Part shown: positions 15,221-20,000 of the stretch, piece by piece | How the letters are laid out: each line of letters opens with the position of its first letter | How positions within the stretch are numbered: the stretch's first letter is position 1 | Origin: an uncultured virus (IMG/VR IMGVR_UViG_3300023117_000015) | Lineage: Duplodnaviria; Heunggongvirae; Uroviricota; Caudoviricetes | Direction: 5' to 3' (one strand) | IMG/VR virus record: IMGVR_UViG_3300023117_000015 | DNA: 20,000 nucleotides | The notes under the pieces: generated by a model | The model's input: only the letters and a program-made list of their open reading frames with translations | What the model was told of the DNA's origin: nothing | Database searches by the model: none | Position numbers and translations under genes: made by a program

Positions 15221-15459
15221 TATAAAATAATTCCAAATGCAGTGATATCTCCAGTCACAGTTAAATTACCAGCTGTATCCAATTTCATTTTCTTTTCTTC
15301 ATTATAAAGCCAAACAAGAGCTCCGTTTGGTTCTTGCTGCATCCTCCAACCGACCACTTCAGTAACCTCCCACTGATCAGTTGCCTCTGTATAACTCCAT
15401 ACTACATTACCAATAGAGTGTATTTGACCATTCACTGGATTTTCTGGAAAATTTGCCAT
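15220..15459 (-). CDS. Small tail-fibre-associated protein
   Basis: NFPENPVNG...WSY N-terminus; KMKLDTAGNLTVTGDITAF fibre motif. Confidence 0.6.
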   Translation of the reverse strand: MANFPENPVNGQIHSIGNVVWSYTEATDQWEVTEVVGWRMQQEPNGALVWLYNEEKKMKLDTAGNLTVTGDITAFGIIL

Positions 15460-15482
15460 TTATTTATCCTCTATATTGTTCA

Positions 15483-16016
15483 TTAACTATAATATATATT
15501 TGTGATGTGGGTCGTGTTTTTATCACTACTTGTTGATTGTGCCTGAACTTGAATAGAAGTTACTGTACCAGAACCAACCCAAGATGTGCCTGGCAGCGTA
15601 ACATTATTATTATTATAACCTGAGTGGAGAAAATATGTTCCCGATCCAGTAGTGGCATCAATATAAATTAAATAATCAAAATCGATTACACTTCCATCGC
15701 CGTCGTTCTGCACTGATCCGGCCGCTCTTTGCGTGCCATTTACGAATAACTTTGCCTGACCTTGACTATTGTTTCCACTGCTTGCGCTTCCTTGTATTAA
15801 GATACCTTTAGTTCCAGATGGTATTGTTGCACTACTATTTGAGGTGCCATTATTACTACCTGTAGCACTTACAACTTCGGTTGAACTCCAATCACCAAAA
15901 CTACCACCGCCGCCATCTTGACTGACCCATATATTGTCGGATGTAAATGTGTACGTTGGGCCCGAAGAGGCGAGTTGATGTGTATCGCCGACACTTGGAC
16001 TTGCTGGAAATGTCAT
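15483..16016 (-). CDS. Putative fibre/structural protein (Ser/Gly/Thr-rich)
   Basis: MTFPASPSVGD...YTF....W N-terminus shared in type with the next gene; AGGAGA RBS. Confidence 0.6.
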   Translation of the reverse strand: MTFPASPSVGDTHQLASSGPTYTFTSDNIWVSQDGGGGSFGDWSSTEVVSATGSNNGTSNSSATIPSGTKGILIQGSASSGNNSQGQAKLFVNGTQRAAGSVQNDGDGSVIDFDYLIYIDATTGSGTYFLHSGYNNNNVTLPGTSWVGSGTVTSIQVQAQSTSSDKNTTHITNIYYS

Positions 16017-16025
16017 ATTATTCTC

Positions 16026-17588
16026 CTATGTAACCTGTATCCAATTGCTTCCATCATATACATGAAGTTTTCCGGTTGTGATGTTATCAAACCAAAAATC
16101 TCCTGACGAAAGTGGAATTGATTGACCACCAATATTTGTTCTTTCGGTTGGCATCGTACCACTCACAATAGATGCGCCCAATATAGATAGAAGACCAGAA
16201 TCATCAGTAAAGTCTGTAATATCAACTGGTGCATTGAGAAGATCTTCGTAAAGTCCGGTCGATGCAACCGTAGCAAGTTGCGCAATAATGTCTGCAACGT
16301 CTATAATATCATTTCTAAAGATTATATAAACAGCTTCTGCACCTTCTTCTAAGTTTTCTGTCACAAACAATCGAACACTACGATCATCCGAAAAGGTGTT
16401 TTTCCATTTTGCAGTTGTGCCCCCTCTTGCATATTCAAATCCACCACCTGTCTCTTGAATAGAAACATAGTCAACATTCGCTTCTGAATACTTACTTTGC
16501 GAGTTAAAGACAACAATCGTGCATCCCTGTGGTACAACCAATGGGTCTAGAATCGCATTTCCAAGCTGACTAGAAAAAGTTCCCATTGTATCTACAGTAT
16601 CACCAGTTCCAGTCAGTCCAGTACCACCACTTGATGTAGGGACATTGATCAGATCGTTATAGTCACCAGAGAATGCTACTGGAGAAAAAAGAGATGCATC
16701 AATACTTCCACCACCACCAAGATCTTTTAGAATATTTGGCATTGTTTCAATCCATGCATCACCAGTCCACATTAGAAGATCGCCTTCGTTCGTATTAAAC
16801 CACATGTCGCCTGGATATTTAATAGTTGGTTCTACTTCACCATATGTGTTTAACATTGTCGAATAATAGCTTGCATAGTCATGATAACCATCACCATTAT
16901 GTGCCTCTTGTCTCAGAACAGAGACTGGTCGAATTGGTTGATTGTTAGAATTTAAAAGATGCTCAACTGTTTTGTTTTCGTCATTTCGAATGACTTTCAA
17001 GTTCGCTTCCATCAAATCCATAGTCTTGAAAATACCACGCACATTAATCAATTCAACAACATTCGAATCCACAATTGAAAATCGAACTGTACCAAATGCA
17101 TCCTGTCTTTCCTGATAGACCACATCTCCAGCATTTAGAGTTGTATTATAATTGAGTGTCAATTCTGTAGGTTTTCCTTCGTCCCATCTCAAAACACTAC
17201 CATTCACTGGTTCGTTTTGATTGTAAACATCACCCAATTGACCTGTATTAATTCCCGCCAACTTTCCAACCTCCACATTTACTGTCATAGGAACGATATT
17301 CGTATCAATTCCATAACAGTCTTTTATTTCCTGAGCTTCCGCAATTGCAATCTCTTTTGTGTTACAAACACGAATATAACTTTGATCTTGAAGAAATCCA
17401 CCCCAATTGTTTCGAGTCACTCTATGCGACAATGTTGTAGGAAGAACCATCCAACAGCCTACAGGTAGAGTCAAAACATCATAACGCTCATTAAAGAGGC
17501 GATCACCATACTGAGTATTTCTACCAATTCCTACATTCTCATGAAAGACAGTCGTAGGATTGTGAATTTCCGGCTGCGTATGAGGCAT
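16026..17588 (-). CDS. Putative virion fibre/structural protein (520 aa)
   Basis: Start re-assigned to MPHTQ (AGGAG RBS, TATAAATA at 17609-17616). Fibre motifs: LGDV...NGSVLRWD, GDMWF...W.GDAW, FSGDYNDL, STGLYEDL, GDFWFD...YDGSNW. Confidence 0.7.
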   Translation of the reverse strand: MPHTQPEIHNPTTVFHENVGIGRNTQYGDRLFNERYDVLTLPVGCWMVLPTTLSHRVTRNNWGGFLQDQSYIRVCNTKEIAIAEAQEIKDCYGIDTNIVPMTVNVEVGKLAGINTGQLGDVYNQNEPVNGSVLRWDEGKPTELTLNYNTTLNAGDVVYQERQDAFGTVRFSIVDSNVVELINVRGIFKTMDLMEANLKVIRNDENKTVEHLLNSNNQPIRPVSVLRQEAHNGDGYHDYASYYSTMLNTYGEVEPTIKYPGDMWFNTNEGDLLMWTGDAWIETMPNILKDLGGGGSIDASLFSPVAFSGDYNDLINVPTSSGGTGLTGTGDTVDTMGTFSSQLGNAILDPLVVPQGCTIVVFNSQSKYSEANVDYVSIQETGGGFEYARGGTTAKWKNTFSDDRSVRLFVTENLEEGAEAVYIIFRNDIIDVADIIAQLATVASTGLYEDLLNAPVDITDFTDDSGLLSILGASIVSGTMPTERTNIGGQSIPLSSGDFWFDNITTGKLHVYDGSNWIQVT

Positions 17589-17608
17589 TTCTTTTTGCTC
17601 CTTTCTGC

Positions 17609-17616
17609 TATTTATA
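17609..17616 (-). promoter_or_regulatory. T4-type late promoter TATAAATA for the fibre module
   Basis: Exact consensus 20 nt upstream of the ATG at 17588. Confidence 0.75.
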
Positions 17617-17679
17617 TAAAACTTCTGAGAGACTTTTTCGCGCCAGCGAACGCGCTTGACCACTAGTTGCATAAAGTGC

Positions 17680-17708
17680 TTGACACCCTTGTTATTTTCT
17701 GTTAGTTT
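17680..17708 (+). promoter_or_regulatory. Plus-strand sigma70-like promoter TTGACA-N17-TAGTTT
   Basis: Followed by GAGGTG RBS and an ATG at 17737. Confidence 0.7.
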
Positions 17709-17736
17709 ATAAGAGTAATCAGAGAGGTGATTCGTT

Positions 17737-17883
17737 ATGTACAAAGTTTCTTACAAAGTCTTCGGCAAATGGTGGTTCGACAAAGAGTTCGCCGACTATG
17801 CTTCTGCCAAAAAGTTTTTCCACTCCATACGGAAAAGCACCAAAGTGACGCAAACAAAACTGGAGGTTCCCACAGATGCTTAA
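17737..17883 (+). CDS. 48-aa basic early protein missing from the ORF track
   Basis: MYKVSYKVFGKWWFDKEFADYASAKKFFHSIRKSTKVTQTKLEVPTDA*; strong RBS and its own promoter. Confidence 0.7.
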   Translation: MYKVSYKVFGKWWFDKEFADYASAKKFFHSIRKSTKVTQTKLEVPTDA

Positions 17884-17965
17884 TTCGTTACTCTCAATGA
17901 CCGTTTCGGTTCTCTCCACAACACTTTCTGTGATTGTTATGATAGGGCTTCTGGCACTCCTCTAA
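17876..17965 (+). CDS. 29-aa single-TM peptide missing from the ORF track
   Basis: GGAGG RBS; MLNSLLSMTVSVLSTTLSVIVMIGLLALL*; overlaps the upstream stop. Confidence 0.5.
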   Translation: MLNSLLSMTVSVLSTTLSVIVMIGLLALL

Positions 17966-17996
17966 GCCCTAAATAACTCTCAGAGGAGACTGAGAG

Positions 17997-18182
17997 TTGC
18001 AACCAAAAAAAGAGATTAGCCTAGCAGATAAAGTCTTGCTAGGCATTATTTTTATTGTCTGGTTGGATGCTGCCTATCTGAAGCACACAGAGAGCACTTC
18101 GAGAAAATTTTTCAAACTTTTAGAACCCATCACAACTAAAGTACATGTCATAATAAGGTTTGGACTTCCTCCACCGAGATAG
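17997..18182 (+). CDS. Small membrane protein, probably late
   Basis: GAGGAG RBS, TTG start, CTAAATA at 17969-17975, one hydrophobic segment. Confidence 0.5.
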   Translation: MQPKKEISLADKVLLGIIFIVWLDAAYLKHTESTSRKFFKLLEPITTKVHVIIRFGLPPPR

Positions 18183-18456
18183 ATTGAATATTCTCTCCAG
18201 TTAAACTTGCAATCTTTATCAGAAGCATATCACATTCATCCAGAGACAACCAACCTCTCACACCATCAGACTCTGTAATCCCAGGCAGAGAAACAAACTC
18301 CGAAGAACTCTTACTTAAAACTGCCATTTCATAGAGATCTTTATCAGACCCATATCCATCATCTATCACAGATATAATATACTCAGATGTTTGAAACTCA
18401 CATCTATTTCCAAGGCCATACTGATCTTTCGTTTTCCAGAAAAACCTGTGTTTCAT
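18148..18456 (-). CDS. Hypothetical phage protein (SV...GYG...LYEMAVL...V.GWL)
   Basis: ORF just 3' of tRNA-Arg. Confidence 0.65.
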   Translation of the reverse strand: MKHRFFWKTKDQYGLGNRCEFQTSEYIISVIDDGYGSDKDLYEMAVLSKSSSEFVSLPGITESDGVRGWLSLDECDMLLIKIASLTGENIQSISVEEVQTLL

Positions 18457-18478
18457 TCTGATACCTTTCTGCATTGTT

Positions 18479-18555
18479 TGGCGGTCGCGGAAGGACTCGA
18501 ACCCTCAACCTACTGATTAGAAGTCAGTTGCTCTATCCAGTTGAGCTACGCAACC
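18479..18555 (-). tRNA. tRNA-Arg(TCT)
   Basis: GGTTGCG/CGCGACC acceptor stem, anticodon loop CTTCTAA, GTTCGAGTC T-loop, encoded CCA. Confidence 0.96.
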
Positions 18556-18705
18556 TATATCGAAATTTTGCCGCAAAAAAAATTTTTTTTCGGATAACCC
18601 TTCGAAGCTTCTCTGAGTTTCGAGGGGGCTGTCTATAGACTTGAAACCCCGATCGCTATGGGACCCTCAGATAAAGTCTTCACCAGTCTTCGGGGGAGGG
18701 GGTCG

Positions 18706-18906
18706 CTAAGTGAACATCAGAGGCCACCTCTCATATAATTCTGAGCCGTCCCATAATGAGACTTCTCCGTTCGAATCCTCAAAGGTCGCCTGAAGATCGT
18801 CGCCATACTTACAGCGAACCTCGACGATTTCTCCGAGGCCAGGCACTGTCATGCCTCTGGCGTCCCAGAGATTTTCCATAAAAGTTTTAAGATCCTGTGT
18901 ATTCAT
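18706..18906 (-). CDS. Hypothetical protein
   Basis: Start moved to MNTQDL to minimise overlap. Confidence 0.6.
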   Translation of the reverse strand: MNTQDLKTFMENLWDARGMTVPGLGEIVEVRCKYGDDLQATFEDSNGEVSLWDGSELYERWPLMFT

Positions 18907-19264
18907 AAGGCTGATTCCATTTCCCAATGTTGATATCAATATAATATGCCGTGTCGAAGTAATCAATCATGGCATCAGAGTTGTCATACCACTTTGTAGG
19001 TCCACTACTATAGGCACCTTGCATAGCAGCAAGAAGATGGTTCAGAAAATATTTGGCTTTACCAGACCAATGAGAATCAATCCAATATGTATTGACTTGT
19101 CCATATCCGTCACGCAAATCAAAATCAATATCACCTGATTTGATATTCACACATAATGTACTGTGATTGTTCACAGAAATAGAACCTTTCATTCCGAATT
19201 GTTTCAGAACATCCTTAATGGCAGGAGCAAGTTCTTTTTTCATTTGTTGAGACATATATGCCAT
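18887..19264 (-). CDS. Early phage protein (YDNSDAMIDYF motif, possibly LPD29-like)
   Basis: AAGGTGA RBS; directly under the promoter at 19292-19320. Confidence 0.7.
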   Translation of the reverse strand: MAYMSQQMKKELAPAIKDVLKQFGMKGSISVNNHSTLCVNIKSGDIDFDLRDGYGQVNTYWIDSHWSGKAKYFLNHLLAAMQGAYSSGPTKWYDNSDAMIDYFDTAYYIDINIGKWNQPYEYTGS

Positions 19265-19291
19265 CGAATCACCTTTCTTATCTTCAAGACC

Positions 19292-19320
19292 TTTATAACA
19301 TATCTGTCAGATGGCGTCAA
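19292..19320 (-). promoter_or_regulatory. Sigma70-like early promoter TTGACG-N17-TATAAA
   Basis: Near-consensus match. Confidence 0.6.
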
Positions 19321-19538
19321 GCTAAATCTTTGAGAATTCTTCCGATATCTTCATCTTTGAATTTTCCAGAGGCAACATAATTTCGAAATGCTTTACAAGA
19401 TTTCTCACAGGAAGTTCGAAGCTCACATTTCAAACAAGGCTCATCAGGAATATCAGGAAACCCTAAGAAAACTTCAGGATGTTCTGAAGGTTCTCCAATA
19501 CCCATATATGATTCCGAATCATATCCAACACTTATCAT
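19317..19538 (-). CDS. Small protein with four Cys (PCLKC..C...C)
   Basis: AAGGA RBS before MISVG; the TTG start in the ORF track lies inside a promoter. Confidence 0.6.
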   Translation of the reverse strand: MISVGYDSESYMGIGEPSEHPEVFLGFPDIPDEPCLKCELRTSCEKSCKAFRNYVASGKFKDEDIGRILKDLA

Positions 19539-19570
19539 AATCTTATCCTTATCATCATTGGTCACCGACC

Positions 19571-19599
19571 AGTATACAGCTGTCAAGGGGTTTTGTCAA
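19571..19599 (-). promoter_or_regulatory. Sigma70-like early promoter TTGACA-N17-TATACT
   Basis: Consensus match with an A-tract UP-like element upstream. Confidence 0.7.
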
Positions 19600-19768
19600 G
19601 CATTTTTTTAAACTTTTTTGAGATTTTTTGGATAATCCTCGGCGGCACTTGGAGGCTCGCTCGGCGAATCACACCAGAGATTAAGTTTCGCATAGATTTT
19701 TTCGAATCTGCATCTGATTCCCAAAGTATACCATATAATCCCATAGATTTCCAAGACTATCCAAAGGG

Positions 19769-19969
19769 TTATTTTCGGTCATTCATTATGAGTTCATCAT
19801 TACTCTGTATGTATTTTAGAGGCTGTCCTTCTCTATGAAGTCTCAGACATTCCTTCGAGCAATACCATGTCTGACCGTCTACTGTATGTCCACAGTAAGT
19901 ATCCATTGCTTTATGTAAGCCATTCTTTAATGGAATAAAAAATAAATGATGTTTTTTACATTGGGTCAC
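19769..19969 (-). CDS. Small Cys-containing hypothetical protein
   Basis: GTG-start ORF with CG...YCSKEC. Confidence 0.5.
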   Translation of the reverse strand: MTQCKKHHLFFIPLKNGLHKAMDTYCGHTVDGQTWYCSKECLRLHREGQPLKYIQSNDELIMNDRK

Positions 19970-20000
19970 AGTGTATCTATCTTACTGTAATGATCGAGAA

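Noticed and set aside
43..17468. The many plus-strand ORFs in the track within this span
   Set aside because: They are antisense shadows of minus-strand genes or RNAs, lacking RBSs and recognisable motifs
17589..17744. N-terminal 52 aa of the 572-aa ORF
   Set aside because: It spans a late promoter, an RBS and a divergent plus-strand promoter; the likely start is 17588
17719..17919. Minus-strand 66-aa ORF
   Set aside because: It is antisense to better-supported plus-strand genes with promoter and RBS
19581..19586. Second TTGACA as an independent promoter or as a TTG start codon
   Set aside because: It has no -10 at 17 bp and lies in the spacer of the promoter at 19571-19599
1..20000. Alternative genetic code, introns, inteins or homing endonucleases
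   Set aside because: Genes tile densely under the standard code with all three stops used, and no interrupted genes or HNH/GIY-YIG motifs were seen

Overview
AT-rich, gene-dense, almost entirely minus-strand segment of a T4-like myophage genome. The call rests on gp59 and gp33 homologs, TATAAATA late promoters, TTGACA-N17 early promoters, PhoH, a PD-(D/E)XK exonuclease, an M15 endolysin and a small tail-fibre module. Several features point to an alphaproteobacterial host: an alpha-type two-piece tmRNA, a DUF1127 protein and a SleB-type hydrolase. The most interesting part is an RNA-rich block at about 8.4-13.3 kb. It holds a complete circularly permuted tmRNA (tag ANDNFAPVETALAA) with a long, pseudoknot-capable intervening segment, and a second covarying copy of the tmRNA 3' stem-loop on the far side of an outer-membrane protein gene. 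It also holds a manA-like structured RNA upstream of tRNA-Pro, a promoter-driven hairpin with an anti-SD-like loop, and a DUF1127 gene with a LysR-type operator. At least three genes show the T4-style SD-sequestering hairpin split by a late promoter. Several small genes missing from the ORF track were found, one apparently starting at AUA. All calls come from reading the sequence; no database searches were run.
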